From Candidatus Woykebacteria bacterium RIFCSPLOWO2_01_FULL_43_14 (GTDB lineage Bacteria > Patescibacteriota > Microgenomatia > Woykebacterales > 2-01-FULL-43-14): a stretch of 41,085 nt of DNA. The stretch lies in the NCBI GenBank assembly GCA_001816835.1, contig MHDB01000020.1:23523-64607 (forward strand), given 5' to 3'. The translations under genes were made by a program, and so were the position numbers. A model generated the notes under the pieces. That model was given only the letters and a program-made list of their open reading frames with translations. It was not told the origin of the DNA and ran no database searches. Shown here piece after piece: positions 26,730 to 37,411 of this stretch (positions are counted from its first letter, which is position 1; the number at the start of each line of letters is the position of its first letter).

Positions 26730-28067
26730 TTAACTAGTAGCTACTTTGACCGGAGCTGCGTGTTGACGATCGAGAGGGTAAAAGCGGCGGCGCTCCCCCT
26801 TGAATTTGAGATCAACTTCCCCAAGTGGTCCTGAGCGGTGTTTGGCAATGGTTAGCTTTATATCTTCACGCATCTCGGGATCTTCCCGGTGCAAGAACAT
26901 AACTACATCAGCGTCTTGCTCAATCGCCCCTGACTCACGCAAATCTGAAAGCTGAGGAGCTTTATTACCTCCCCGGATTTCAATCGCACGTGATAGCTGA
27001 GATAAGGAAAGCACGGGAATCTTCAGTTCTCGAGCCAGGTTTTTCAAAGATTGAGAAATTTCACTGACTTCCTGTACCCTATTCTCGAGATTGCGAGGGC
27101 CTTTTACTAACTGTAAGTAATCAACAATCAACAAGTCCAATCCGTGTTCCATCTGCAATCGTCTGGCTTTGGTCCTCATTTCCATTATGGATATCCCTGG
27201 GGTGTCATCGATAAAAAGCGGTGCCTCCGCCAGCTCACCCATGGCATCAGACAAACGACTAAAATCATCTTCGGTAAGGTTCCCGGTTGTCAATTTCCAG
27301 GCATCAACATTGGCTTCACTGGCCAACATAAGGTCCACCAATTGTTCTTTAGACATTTCCAAGGAAAATATCCCCACCTTAACTCTTTCTTTGGTAGCAG
27401 CTTGTTGGGCTATGTTCATGGCTAAAGTCGTCTTACCCATCGACGGACGGGCGGCCAGAATAATCAAGGTTGAGTCCTGTAAACCAGAAAGAACTTTATC
27501 CAAATCCTTAAATCCGGTGGCAACCCCTCGCAAACCGCCTTTTTTCTGGTGCATTTCTTCGAGTCTGTCAAAGCTTTCCGCCAAGGCATCTTTGATAGGA
27601 ATAAAATTACGCGTCACATGCTCTTGAGAAATCGCGAATAGTTCCCTTTCGGATTCATCCAGAAGATCCCGAACTTCTTTCCCCTCTTCAAAAGCCCATT
27701 CAGTAATCCGGGCAGCAGAGCTAATCAATCTTCTTTTGGTTGCTCTGTCTTTGACGATGTAAGCGTAATTTTCAACATGGGCGGACGTGGGAACGATATT
27801 GACCAAGGTTGTCAGGTATCCTGCCCCACCCACAAAATCATACTTATCTCGAATTTTTAGTTCGTCAGTCAGGGTAACCAGATCAATTGGTTGCCGCTTT
27901 TCATAAAGAGCGCTAATAGCACTATAAACTTCTGAGTGAATTGGTTTGTAAAAATGGTCGGGGTGTATAATGGGGGCAACCTTAACAACAGCGTCCTTGT
28001 CAATCAGGAGTGCTCCAAGAACGGCCTGCTCAGCCTCAACATTTTGAGGAGGTACTTTAGCTTCCAT
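26730..28067 (-). CDS. dnaB: replicative DNA helicase
   Basis: PPQNVEAEQAVLG, AARPSMGKT, FSLEM, IVDYLQL, SQLSR, DLRESGAIEQDAD; no intein visible. Confidence 0.98.
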   Translation of the reverse strand: MEAKVPPQNVEAEQAVLGALLIDKDAVVKVAPIIHPDHFYKPIHSEVYSAISALYEKRQPIDLVTLTDELKIRDKYDFVGGAGYLTTLVNIVPTSAHVENYAYIVKDRATKRRLISSAARITEWAFEEGKEVRDLLDESERELFAISQEHVTRNFIPIKDALAESFDRLEEMHQKKGGLRGVATGFKDLDKVLSGLQDSTLIILAARPSMGKTTLAMNIAQQAATKERVKVGIFSLEMSKEQLVDLMLASEANVDAWKLTTGNLTEDDFSRLSDAMGELAEAPLFIDDTPGISIMEMRTKARRLQMEHGLDLLIVDYLQLVKGPRNLENRVQEVSEISQSLKNLARELKIPVLSLSQLSRAIEIRGGNKAPQLSDLRESGAIEQDADVVMFLHREDPEMREDIKLTIAKHRSGPLGEVDLKFKGERRRFYPLDRQHAAPVKVATS

Positions 28068-28111
28068 ATAAACAAACCTCTTGTGGTGGAATCAGAACGT
28101 TAGCCATAAAT

Positions 28112-28708
28112 CTAGTGTATCATGTTTAAAACGGCGCTCAAAGCACTTGGCAATTCAGTGATGTTGTCACTGCCACTAAAGTGACCCTTGTCATGTTCGA
28201 TCAGAGGAGTTGTTTCGAGACGGGTTTGAAAAATGTCTGCATCAGTAAGCGGGACACATCCATCGTTATCAGAAAAAATAGTAGTAATTTGATTTGTATG
28301 TGTTTTTATTTTCTCCCAATTGATAGGGGTTGTAAGCCATGGGTGAGCGATCTTTTTGTCCTCTGGGGTTGGAACACACTCTGGAAGCAAATGTACCCAC
28401 GGAGCAACAAGAACAACACCACCTACTTTTTTACCAGAGGGCAAACTTTCCAGGTACCGCAAAATCGTTTGGCAACCAATTGAGTGTCCAACGAAGTATG
28501 TTGTTTCGTTTATTTCTCCTACAAGTTTAGTAAGGAGCTGTACCCACGTCTCAATTTTGGGATGTTCGGTATCGGGCATGGAAGGATTATAAACTTCGCA
28601 TCCTTTATCTTCGAGTTGACTTTTTAACCACGGAATCCAATCATCCTGAGGATACGCTCCCCAACCATGGACGATAAAAACTCTAGGATTCATACTATGA
28701 TCGTTCAA
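28112..28708 (-). CDS. RBBP9/YdeN family alpha/beta serine hydrolase
   Basis: IVHGW, W.PW, GHSIG nucleophile elbow, SDND, GHF. Confidence 0.92.
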   Translation of the reverse strand: MNDHSMNPRVFIVHGWGAYPQDDWIPWLKSQLEDKGCEVYNPSMPDTEHPKIETWVQLLTKLVGEINETTYFVGHSIGCQTILRYLESLPSGKKVGGVVLVAPWVHLLPECVPTPEDKKIAHPWLTTPINWEKIKTHTNQITTIFSDNDGCVPLTDADIFQTRLETTPLIEHDKGHFSGSDNITELPSALSAVLNMIH

Positions 28709-29333
28709 GTACTACAACTTGGGATTCTTCGGGGAGTTTGTCTTTGGTAATAACAAGTTTGGAAACTGGGGTAACGGATTCTTTGGCCATTTCTTTGAGG
28801 AATTTATCAACCCCTTCTAGTTGGTATTTCAACCCTTCTACCTGGTAATGCATTGGAATCACTACCTTAGCCTCTAATTCAGCAGCTATTTTGGCCGCGG
28901 TGTGAGCTTCGATGGTATAAACCCCACCCACAGGTATGAGTAGGACATCCACGTTCCCAAACTCTTCCAGCTGCTCGGAGGAAAGATCATGGCCAATATC
29001 CCCGAGATGGGCAATATTTACATCATCTACTGTAATATTGTATATGGTATTTTTTCCCCGCTCCGCGCCACCTTTGTCGTCGTGAAATGTAGCCATGCCA
29101 ACCACATTTACTCCCTTAACTTCATATTCACCCGGGCCTTGAATAAGGTAAGGTGAGCCTTCTATAGAAGAGGGATTATTGTGGTCAGAGTGACTATGAC
29201 TAACTGTAATTAAATCTGCACTCAGTTTGGGGAGTTTTAAACCAGTTGAATTTGAATCAAACGGGTCTGTAATGACCGTAGCAAACTTTCCTTTTAACCG
29301 AAAACACGAGTGTCCAATCCAACTTATTTCCAT
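28695..29333 (-). CDS. MBL-fold metallo-hydrolase
   Basis: W.GHSCF, TDPF, SHSHSDH, HLGD and PMHY motifs. Start reset to the ATG 7 nt after TACAAT. Confidence 0.92.
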   Translation of the reverse strand: MEISWIGHSCFRLKGKFATVITDPFDSNSTGLKLPKLSADLITVSHSHSDHNNPSSIEGSPYLIQGPGEYEVKGVNVVGMATFHDDKGGAERGKNTIYNITVDDVNIAHLGDIGHDLSSEQLEEFGNVDVLLIPVGGVYTIEAHTAAKIAAELEAKVVIPMHYQVEGLKYQLEGVDKFLKEMAKESVTPVSKLVITKDKLPEESQVVVLERS

Positions 29334-29435
29334 ACAGTTTATTGTATTGGAAAATGTATCCAGATTCAACCCACCAACTCGTAAGAAGCCGCACAACCCT
29401 CCATACACCTCGGGAGTTGTATATTTGGCATATAT

Positions 29436-29465
29436 AAGGTGACACCCTCGCGAGGGTGTCACCTT
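29436..29465. repeat. perfect 30-bp palindrome
   Basis: AAGGTGACACCCTCG|CGAGGGTGTCACCTT between divergent genes. Confidence 0.9.
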
Positions 29466-29510
29466 TGGAAATTTGTAAACATTTGCTGCCTGGTATGCTA
29501 CAATGTTTGC

Positions 29511-30743
29511 ATGATTATCCCTCAAACACCCAAAGGATTTCGCGATTTCTTGCCCTCTACTTCCCTCAAACGAAAATTGGTCTTAGCAAAAATTGTTTCT
29601 GTATTTGAGCGATTTGGATTTGACCCTCTCGAAACTCCAGCGATTGAATTTGCTGAGACCCTTAAAGGTAAATATGGCGAAGACGAAAAACTTATTTTTG
29701 AATTCACCGACCGAGGAGACCGCCAAGTGGCTCTTCGATACGATCAGACCGTCCCGTTATCTCGAGTGGTTGCCCAATATCCTGAGTTACCCAAGCCATT
29801 TAAACGCTATCAAACGCAAAACGTCTGGCGGGCCGAAAATCCTCAAAAAGGCAGGTTTCGTGAATTCCTGCAAGTCGACTTTGATGTAGTGGGCTCAAGT
29901 TCAACACTTGTGGACAGCGAAATAGCCCAAATCATCTCTGCAGTTTTGAAAGAGCTCGGGTTTAAAAAATTCCGAATTTTACTAAATAGCCGTCCGCTTC
30001 TTAATGATCTCATGAAAAGTTCAGGTGTTGATGAAAACTTAGTCACAGGAGCAATCACTAGCATCGACAAACTGAAAAAAATCGGGATCGATGGGGTTAT
30101 ACAAGAAATGGTCGGCCGCGGAATACCAACTGAGGTGGCCAAAAAAGTTATCGAGTCATTTCAAAATGCCAAGCCCAATCAAGAAGTTCAGAGTGTTTTA
30201 GACACCCTAAAGGACTCGGGTGAAGATATGAGTTCGTTTGTGTTTGAGCCAACCCTTGCTCGTGGTCTCGCCTACTATACCGGCATTATTTACGAAGCCG
30301 AAGTTGAAGGATTTAGCGCGGGATCTGTCTGCGGTGGCGGGCGATATGATAAATTGATCGGACAATTCAGTGGCACAGACTACCCTGCCAACGGGGCTTC
30401 GTTTGGATTCGACCGAGTACTCGAAGCCATGGAAGAGCAAGGTTTGCTTCCCGAAGTAAAAACTACCACCAAAGTTCTGGTAACTATTTTTAGTAAAGAC
30501 TTAGTCCAGAATTCGTTAAAAGTCGCTCAAGAATTAAAGGCCCAAGGCATCAACACCGAAGTATATCTTGATACTGACGCCAAACTAGAGAAACAACTTA
30601 AATACGCCGACGCAAAAGGTATTCCTTTTGCCATTATCCTTGGTCCTGAAGAAGCAGAAAAAGCTGTAGTAAACCTCAAAAACCTCTCCACTAAAGAGCA
30701 AACTCAAGTTCCCATTTCTGAAGTAATTACGAAACTTACCTAG
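29511..30743 (+). CDS. hisS: histidine--tRNA ligase
   Basis: PKGFRD, LRYDQTVP, WRAENPQKGRFREF.Q, RGLAYYTG, GGGRYD and anticodon-binding domain. Start reset to ATG 29511. Confidence 0.97.
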   Translation: MIIPQTPKGFRDFLPSTSLKRKLVLAKIVSVFERFGFDPLETPAIEFAETLKGKYGEDEKLIFEFTDRGDRQVALRYDQTVPLSRVVAQYPELPKPFKRYQTQNVWRAENPQKGRFREFLQVDFDVVGSSSTLVDSEIAQIISAVLKELGFKKFRILLNSRPLLNDLMKSSGVDENLVTGAITSIDKLKKIGIDGVIQEMVGRGIPTEVAKKVIESFQNAKPNQEVQSVLDTLKDSGEDMSSFVFEPTLARGLAYYTGIIYEAEVEGFSAGSVCGGGRYDKLIGQFSGTDYPANGASFGFDRVLEAMEEQGLLPEVKTTTKVLVTIFSKDLVQNSLKVAQELKAQGINTEVYLDTDAKLEKQLKYADAKGIPFAIILGPEEAEKAVVNLKNLSTKEQTQVPISEVITKLT

Positions 30744-30752
30744 AGTAGTTAC

Positions 30753-30989
30753 TTACTTCTTTTTTCTGAGTTCAGAAGCAACTGTGGGGGTTGATTCAAT
30801 CTTTTCTACTCTGTGATTTAAGAAAGTCATTTCCTGTCTGAATGCTCTTACTTCTCCCACAAGATTATCAATAATAGTCATTACCTGTCGAAACTGATCT
30901 TTGGTTGCCATTTTTTCTTCCAGAGTTCGCAAGTCTTCTTTTGTAGCGAACACCTTAGTAAGTTTTTTGATATCTTCTACTGATAACAT
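30753..30989 (-). CDS. small coiled-coil hypothetical protein
   Basis: Repeated ATK(E/D) motif followed by a coiled coil; -10-like TAAATT 6 nt before the ATG. Confidence 0.7.
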   Translation of the reverse strand: MLSVEDIKKLTKVFATKEDLRTLEEKMATKDQFRQVMTIIDNLVGEVRAFRQEMTFLNHRVEKIESTPTVASELRKKK

Positions 30990-31049
30990 GGTTTTAATTT
31001 AACAGAAAATCCCTTATGCAACAATACGATTTTCTAGTACAATAACTAC

Positions 31050-31994
31050 ATGCCTGTCTACCTAACACCAGAGCGACTTGGTATCATTGCCATCACCATT
31101 GCCTGGATTATTTGGGGAGCACATCCTATCGCCGCCAAATTTGGAATTGAAACAATTCCAATTTATAGTTTGATTTTCTATCGATTATTTTTCGCTACGC
31201 TAATCATCCTTCCACTAACCATTAATCAGCTCCGTACGATCAGATTTACACCTTCTCTACTCAAGCAACTTCTTATCGCTAGTCTGCTGGGAATAGTACT
31301 CAACATTATATTTTTCTTCATCGGGCTTGAGCACACTCAAGCAATTGACGCAGCACTCATTATGGCCACCATACCTCTTATTACTCTTCTTAGCGCAAGA
31401 GTTTTTCTGAAGGAAAAAATAACTCCACCAGAAGTAATAGGCGCACTTGTGGGTCTCATGGGCACCGGCCTTATTTTTTTCAAGCCATTCCTCGAGGAAG
31501 ACCAACACACAGCTGAGCGCTTCCTAGGTAACATATTTATTGCGCTAGCGGTGGTTACCTGGGTAGCCTTCACAATATATACGAAACGAATCGAAAAGGA
31601 AATCAACCCGAGCGTTATTACCACTTCGGTCATTTGGATAGGGATGGTCATGCTCTTCCCACTAATGATTTGGGACATGTATCGCTATCCCAACTGGATT
31701 CACGACATCAAACCAATTTCTCTTTACAGCATGATCTATATGACTCTCGGATCAACTATCGGCGCTTATTTCTTGTATGAATGGGGTTTGAAATACGTCA
31801 AAGCAGGTCTGGCAGGGATTTTGAGCAATATTTCAGTAGTTATTACTTTATTTCTAGGAAGCCTTGTTTTAGGAGAAAAAATCACCACCCTTACCCTTGC
31901 AGGAGCTGTTTTACTCGTAGCAGGAGTTATCGCTGCTGGTCTTAAAGGCTCTAGACACATTACCCACCAACATCACCATAGACACAAAGTTTAG
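31050..31994 (+). CDS. EamA/DMT family transporter
   Basis: 10 TM segments in two repeats; IWG, FLKEK and LGEK motifs; His-rich tail. Confidence 0.92.
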   Translation: MPVYLTPERLGIIAITIAWIIWGAHPIAAKFGIETIPIYSLIFYRLFFATLIILPLTINQLRTIRFTPSLLKQLLIASLLGIVLNIIFFFIGLEHTQAIDAALIMATIPLITLLSARVFLKEKITPPEVIGALVGLMGTGLIFFKPFLEEDQHTAERFLGNIFIALAVVTWVAFTIYTKRIEKEINPSVITTSVIWIGMVMLFPLMIWDMYRYPNWIHDIKPISLYSMIYMTLGSTIGAYFLYEWGLKYVKAGLAGILSNISVVITLFLGSLVLGEKITTLTLAGAVLLVAGVIAAGLKGSRHITHQHHHRHKV

Positions 31995-32035
31995 AAATTA
32001 GAAAAAAGAAAGACTCCGTTAAAAAAACGAAGCCT

Positions 32036-32524
32036 CTATAAAGTCCGATGGTTCTGGATACCTACAACCATTCCCATATCCACCGAGAAAGCACTGTGCT
32101 CAAAAATGTTGACGGGTAGTCCAAAGTCTTCCCACTCCATCGGAAGGTTCGGATCTACCTCGACCTCCAAAGTTACTACTAATACCGATCCGACAGAACC
32201 TCTTGAAGTGGTAAATAGCTCATCAGAAAACCGAATAGTAAAGTATGTGCAACCCCCCACACCAAAATCTTTGATGGATGCAAACAAGGAGTTAAAGTAC
32301 ATTTTTAGATCTTCTATTTTCGATTTAGGATCGACCGCACGTAAGCCAACTCTGACACTCAGTGTAAGAGTCGACAAATCCCTGCTTCCTTCAGTAGTTC
32401 CTGTTAGCGTAAAGGCAGTGTGCCCACTCGCAGCTTCAGGGGATAGTACTCTCCTTGAACCGTAAAACAGCCGAAGTACCTCTGAAAAGGTAAGCGGTTC
32501 TTTAGGCGGGACTAGTAGCCTCAC
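32036..32524 (-). CDS. orphan hypothetical protein
   Basis: 162-aa ORF with a GTG start after AGAAAGGGG and TATAAT upstream; no recognisable motif. Confidence 0.55.
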   Translation of the reverse strand: MRLLVPPKEPLTFSEVLRLFYGSRRVLSPEAASGHTAFTLTGTTEGSRDLSTLTLSVRVGLRAVDPKSKIEDLKMYFNSLFASIKDFGVGGCTYFTIRFSDELFTTSRGSVGSVLVVTLEVEVDPNLPMEWEDFGLPVNIFEHSAFSVDMGMVVGIQNHRTL

Positions 32525-32626
32525 TGGATACCCCTTTCTCGATGGCTATTATACACTATGGGATCATAAAAGTCAGCATATCCTCGTATATTGTGCAAAT
32601 CAAAGCTGTATGGTACAATCACATGC

Positions 32627-32911
32627 GTGAAAACAGACATTCACCCAACTTATTTTGAAGAGGCGAAAGTCACCTGCGCATGCGGGAACGTATTTACCGT
32701 AGGCGCCACTCTGGCATCTTTTCATGTCGACCTATGTAACAAGTGTCATCCCTTCTATACAGGTGAGCAACGGTTTGTGGATACTGAAGGCCGCGTTGAG
32801 AAATTCCGCCGACTTCAAGCCCAAAAAGTAACACCCAAGAAGAAAAAAGACGAAATTAAAGCTCCAGAACAGCCAAGAACTCTGAAGGAAATGCTAGAAA
32901 GCTTAGGCTAA
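32627..32911 (+). CDS. rpmE: 50S ribosomal protein bL31 (zinc-binding type)
   Basis: K.DIHP.Y, CACG, C..CHPFYTG, GRVEKF; GTG start 7 nt after TACAAT. Confidence 0.96.
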   Translation: MKTDIHPTYFEEAKVTCACGNVFTVGATLASFHVDLCNKCHPFYTGEQRFVDTEGRVEKFRRLQAQKVTPKKKKDEIKAPEQPRTLKEMLESLG

Positions 32912-32916
32912 GCTCT

Positions 32917-33987
32917 ATGGTCGAAAAACTCGACTCCCTACTTTCCCGGTACGAGGAAATTAATAACATTCTCGCCAGCCAAGAGGTTACGAGTGATACT
33001 CAGAAACTCGCGGCTCTTTCCAAAGAACTTTCCGAAATTACTCCCACTGTGACAAAGTATAAAGAGTATCTAGAGTTAAATTCGCAACTCTCCGAACTTC
33101 AGCAACTAGTTACCGCCCCTGAAGTAGACTCTGAATTTAGGTCCCTTGCTGAAACCGAAATTGAAGACCTGACGAGTAAAAAATCACTGGTTGAAAAAGA
33201 ACTTATATCTTCCCTCTCTCCAACTAACAAATTTGCCAATAAAAACGTGATCATGGAAATAAGGGCAGCTGCGGGTGGGGATGAATCTGGTCTCTTCGCT
33301 TCTGAGCTGTATCGAATGTATCTTCGTTTTGCTCAAAACAAGGGTTGGTCTACCCAACAACTTTCTCTTAACGAAGGCGGGATCGGAAATATTAAGGAAG
33401 TGGTCTTCAGTATCAAAGGTCCTGGCGCTTATGGCTTTTTCAAGTACGAGTCAGGAGTACACAGAGTCCAACGTGTTCCATTGACCGAAAGTTCAGGCCG
33501 AATCCACACCTCTACGGCAACAGTCGCTGTCCTACCAGAACTAGAAGAACTCGATTTTAAGATCGACCCTAAGGATGTTAAAATGGACACTTACCGATCC
33601 GGCGGAGCCGGTGGCCAGAACGTTAACAAGGTGGAAACAGCGGTGCGGCTTACCCATGTCCCCTCTGGAACCGTTGTAGCTTGCCAATCCGAGCGATCTC
33701 AACTTCAAAACAGAGAAAGGGCTTTTGATATTTTAAGAGCCAAACTTTTTGAAGCCGAGCAGGAAAAACGAGCTCAAGAAGTAGGAGCAAATCGTAAAGA
33801 ACAAGTCGGTTTGGGCGATCGAAGTGAAAAAATCAGAACTTACAATTTCCCCCAGGACCGAGTAACTGATCATCGAATAAACAAGTCTTTTTACAACCTT
33901 TCCTCCATTATGGAAGGCAATATTGACGGAATTCTTAGCTCTTTATCTGAAACTGATCTTGCCCGGAAAACTTTGGGCGACATTTGA
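32917..33987 (+). CDS. prfA: peptide chain release factor 1
   Basis: [14 protein letters not shown] (PxT motif), [11 protein letters not shown]. Confidence 0.98.
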   Translation: MVEKLDSLLSRYEEINNILASQEVTSDTQKLAALSKELSEITPTVTKYKEYLELNSQLSELQQLVTAPEVDSEFRSLAETEIEDLTSKKSLVEKELISSLSPTNKFANKNVIMEIRAAAGGDESGLFASELYRMYLRFAQNKGWSTQQLSLNEGGIGNIKEVVFSIKGPGAYGFFKYESGVHRVQRVPLTESSGRIHTSTATVAVLPELEELDFKIDPKDVKMDTYRSGGAGGQNVNKVETAVRLTHVPSGTVVACQSERSQLQNRERAFDILRAKLFEAEQEKRAQEVGANRKEQVGLGDRSEKIRTYNFPQDRVTDHRINKSFYNLSSIMEGNIDGILSSLSETDLARKTLGDI

Positions 33988-34778
33988 AAATTAAAGAAAT
34001 TTTACAAAACTCTCCTCTGCCCCAAGCCGAAATACAAATACTACTTTCCCACGTCTTAGAAAAAGACCGCTCTTTTCTATTCGCCAACCCAGATCAAAAT
34101 CTGGCTCCTGAAATCATCAATCGGTTAAATAAACTCTTATCCAGACGAGCTAAAAATGAACCTATTCAATATATTCTTAAGTCAGCAAAATTTTATGGCT
34201 TAGATTTTTATGTTGACAAGAGAGTGCTTATCCCCCGACCCGAGACGGAAGAGTTAGTCTCAGAAGCAATAAAACATTTTCTCCAGAAACCCTCTCGGGA
34301 CCATGGCAAGGGCTTTAATCCTTTTCCAGATACTTACCGCATCATTGATGTCGGAACTGGTTCTGGCAATATCGCTATTTCTCTAGCTAAAAGCTTACCT
34401 AAGGAAGTGGAAATTGTCGCTATCGATATCTCCCCAAGCGCTCTTGAGGTGGCATCTTATAACGCCAGGGTTCATGGGGTAGGAGAAAGAATCAACCTTA
34501 TTCAAGGTAATCTCCTCCACCCACTACGAAAAAATGGGTCTAAAGCTAGTGCAAATCTGATTGTGTCTAATCTGCCTTATATCAGCGAGCATTTTTACTT
34601 AGCTCTAGAGGCCGACATCAAAGATCACGAACCTAAGCTCGCGCTTGTCGGTGGACCAACTGGCCTTGAGCTATACCACAGATTATTCCTTGAAGCAAAA
34701 GACGTTTTAAAGCCAGGTGGGAAAATTATTTACGAGCTTGACGGTCGCATTAAGTCACACACGCCTAGGTTTACTTAA
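33984..34778 (+). CDS. prmC: release factor glutamine methyltransferase
   Basis: [34 protein letters not shown]; follows prfA. Confidence 0.95.
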   Translation: MKIKEILQNSPLPQAEIQILLSHVLEKDRSFLFANPDQNLAPEIINRLNKLLSRRAKNEPIQYILKSAKFYGLDFYVDKRVLIPRPETEELVSEAIKHFLQKPSRDHGKGFNPFPDTYRIIDVGTGSGNIAISLAKSLPKEVEIVAIDISPSALEVASYNARVHGVGERINLIQGNLLHPLRKNGSKASANLIVSNLPYISEHFYLALEADIKDHEPKLALVGGPTGLELYHRLFLEAKDVLKPGGKIIYELDGRIKSHTPRFT

Positions 34779-34782
34779 ACGG

Positions 34783-35922
34783 TTACTTATTCTCCTCAGG
34801 AGTTTGCTCAAGAGTTGCTTTTACCTTGATGCTTTCAGTGTCACGCCAGATTTCTATATCAATAGTATCGCCAATTTTTTTCTTAGCGATAGCGCTGCTA
34901 AGAGGGTTATCCAGAGATATCGTCTTACCATCAACTTTGGTAATAATATCTCGGACTCTTATCCCCGATTTTTCGGCTGGAGATCCTGGAACAACGGCTC
35001 TAATTAGGGCGCCCGAAGGAATTTTGGTATTCCCCTGAATCAGCTGATGGCTAACTCCCAAATAAGGTCTTAGTATCCTACCGTATTCCTGGTAGCCTTG
35101 ATAAATAGTCTTAGCGGTATTTATGGGAATCGCAAAACCAATATTTTGTGCTCCAACGGTAGTCGCTACATTAATCCCAATCACTTCTCCTTCAATATTA
35201 AGCAGTGGTCCCCCCGAGTTCCCTGGGTTAAGCGCTGCGTCTGTCTGGATCACATCCTCGAGTGTCTCGCTTTGACCAAAAAGACCATTACCAGCGGTCA
35301 CTGTGCGACCTATTTGACTAATCACACCTTTAGTTACCGAGTTGTCAAATTTGCCTAAGGCATTGCCAATAGCTATCACTGTCTGACCAACTTTGAGCTT
35401 GGTAGAATCTCCAAGTTTTGCAACTGGTAGATCAGTGGCGTCAATCCGAAGAATTGCCACGTCATTCACTGGATCACGATCCACTCTGGTCACAGGGTAG
35501 GACTTCTTATCCCGTGTCACAACTGTATATTCAGTGGACTCATTACTAACCACATGGGCATTGGTCATTACCACCCCATTCTTATCGATAATAAATCCCG
35601 TCCCAATCCCTTGATCTTCCTCAACAATACCTGTCTCAGGATCAAACCCAACCTCTTTAGTTACCACGGAAACCACAGCTGGAGAAACATCCTCGACTAC
35701 CTTGGTAACCGAATTTTCCTCGTCCACTACTACAATTTTGGCATTGTCAGACATATCGCTAGGTTTGGTCACCTGGTTAAAAGGGATTTTTAATCCTATT
35801 TGAGAGGCCCACCCGGGAAAACTGGTTGCCAGAAAACTACCACCAACAGTACCGATAAAAAGGGTAAATCCAGCAATAAGCACCAAATTTTGAAGAGAAA
35901 ATTTTTTATCTTGCATTGTCAC
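34783..35922 (-). CDS. htrA: HtrA/DegP-family serine protease with one PDZ domain
   Basis: TNAHVV, D.A, IQTDAALNPGNSGGPL, C-terminal PDZ, N-terminal TM. Confidence 0.93.
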   Translation of the reverse strand: MTMQDKKFSLQNLVLIAGFTLFIGTVGGSFLATSFPGWASQIGLKIPFNQVTKPSDMSDNAKIVVVDEENSVTKVVEDVSPAVVSVVTKEVGFDPETGIVEEDQGIGTGFIIDKNGVVMTNAHVVSNESTEYTVVTRDKKSYPVTRVDRDPVNDVAILRIDATDLPVAKLGDSTKLKVGQTVIAIGNALGKFDNSVTKGVISQIGRTVTAGNGLFGQSETLEDVIQTDAALNPGNSGGPLLNIEGEVIGINVATTVGAQNIGFAIPINTAKTIYQGYQEYGRILRPYLGVSHQLIQGNTKIPSGALIRAVVPGSPAEKSGIRVRDIITKVDGKTISLDNPLSSAIAKKKIGDTIDIEIWRDTESIKVKATLEQTPEENK

Positions 35923-35956
35923 TCCTCGTCATTACTTCCCACTCTTTTTTATTATA

Positions 35957-37156
35957 CTAAAATACTTCAAGTGCCTTTATTATATAAAGATCCTTGGTTA
36001 GATCAGATATAATACCCTCTCCTTCTTTGGGAGCGGGCAAAGTGATTTCGATATCAGGGGTAAGACCCTTGTTGTCATTTATCCATGTTCCATTGGGAGT
36101 CAGCCAACGTGAGCTTGTAATATGCACCCCACCTTTGTTATCAAATTCTTCGACTTCCTGAACTGTACCCTTACCAAAAGTCTTTTCCCCAATTACCTTG
36201 GCTCGGTTGTTGTCCTTCATCGAGCCGGCAAATATCTCCGAGGCCGAGGCAGAGCCTTTGTTTACTAAAACTATTAGGGGCGTCTTGGTAAGCCTACCGC
36301 CAGGTAAAACCGGATAGTCTTGCTTCCGGCCATCGTACCACTCTTGCTTGGCAGCCAAACCACTTCCCACAAACTCCGAAACTATTCTAATGGCTGTATC
36401 AAACCTCCCACCAGGGTTGTTTCGAAGATCCAGAATAACTTTATTGTAACCAGCATTTTTTATTTCATCAACAATCTTAGCCCACTCTGAACGGGTATTA
36501 TCACCGAATTGGGTGATTTTGACGTAAGCGGTATTTTCTGGAAGACTCTTTAGTGACACTGTTTTGACAATAATTTCTTCTCTCACAAGATTAATTTCGT
36601 AAGGTTCTTCGCTACCATCAGACAATAAGGTTAGCTTGATAGAGGTACCCGCATTGCCTCTGATCAAAGTAACTGCTTCCGGCAAGGTGATCTCAGCGGC
36701 GTTTTTATCTCCAATTTTAAGTATCTGGTCGTTAGGCTTTACACCGGCTCTTTGTGCAGGAGTCTCATCCAAAGGAGCAATAACTACCATTCTTTGATCT
36801 TGGTAACCAAGCTGAATACCTACCCCGGAATACTTACCAGAAATATTTTCATTAAAGTTCTCGTTCTGCTCAGGCGTAAGATATACTGTGTATGGGTCCC
36901 CAATAGCACTGACCATTCCGGCTATTGCCCCATCAATCATTTTCTTAGGATCGATTTTGGCCTTGTCAAAATACTTCTCGTTCATAAGATCCCAGACTTT
37001 CCAAAACAAGGAAAGATCTGGTCTAGAAGTTTGGGTATTAAGGACCTCTCCAACGACTGGAACAGATTTGGATAGAGGTAAGGAAACATTTTGGCCGACA
37101 AATATTCCTAGGGAAAAAATGACAACTAATAAGACAGTTTTTTGAATATTAGACAT
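35957..37156 (-). CDS. ctpA: C-terminal processing peptidase (S41)
   Basis: DPYT, PDZ GVGI, DLRNNPGG, SASASEI, TFGKGTVQ. Confidence 0.93.
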   Translation of the reverse strand: MSNIQKTVLLVVIFSLGIFVGQNVSLPLSKSVPVVGEVLNTQTSRPDLSLFWKVWDLMNEKYFDKAKIDPKKMIDGAIAGMVSAIGDPYTVYLTPEQNENFNENISGKYSGVGIQLGYQDQRMVVIAPLDETPAQRAGVKPNDQILKIGDKNAAEITLPEAVTLIRGNAGTSIKLTLLSDGSEEPYEINLVREEIIVKTVSLKSLPENTAYVKITQFGDNTRSEWAKIVDEIKNAGYNKVILDLRNNPGGRFDTAIRIVSEFVGSGLAAKQEWYDGRKQDYPVLPGGRLTKTPLIVLVNKGSASASEIFAGSMKDNNRAKVIGEKTFGKGTVQEVEEFDNKGGVHITSSRWLTPNGTWINDNKGLTPDIEITLPAPKEGEGIISDLTKDLYIIKALEVF

Positions 37157-37195
37157 ATTTATAAACGCTGTTACCAGTGAAAAGCAAAAACTGGT

Positions 37196-37402
37196 TTATA
37201 CCTTTGGGGCAAACTGCATTAGAGCCAGTTGTCTCGCTCTTTTAATAGCCACCGCAAGACGTCTTTGATGAATAGCGCAAACGCCACTCCTCAGTCTCGG
37301 GACTATTTTCCCGCGTTCGGTGACAAATTTACGCATCAAAGCGACTTCTTTATAATCAGGTACTGTTTTTTCAGCACAATAATAGCATGGTCGTCTTCTC
37401 AT
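37196..37402 (-). CDS. rpsR: 30S ribosomal protein bS18 (zinc-binding type)
   Basis: C..C, DYK, ERGKI.P, C..HQR.LA.AIKRAR. Confidence 0.97.
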   Translation of the reverse strand: MRRRPCYYCAEKTVPDYKEVALMRKFVTERGKIVPRLRSGVCAIHQRRLAVAIKRARQLALMQFAPKV

Positions 37403-37411
37403 ATAATTATT

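Noticed and set aside
29334..29525. N-terminal extensions of the MBL hydrolase and HisS in the ORF track
   Set aside because: They overlap each other and cross the 30-bp palindrome; the downstream ATGs match family N-termini and -10 spacing.
34286..34320. In-frame palindromic insert in prmC ([10 protein letters not shown])
   Set aside because: Only a weak AAACCCT/AGGGCTT stem in a naturally variable linker; not supportable without an alignment.
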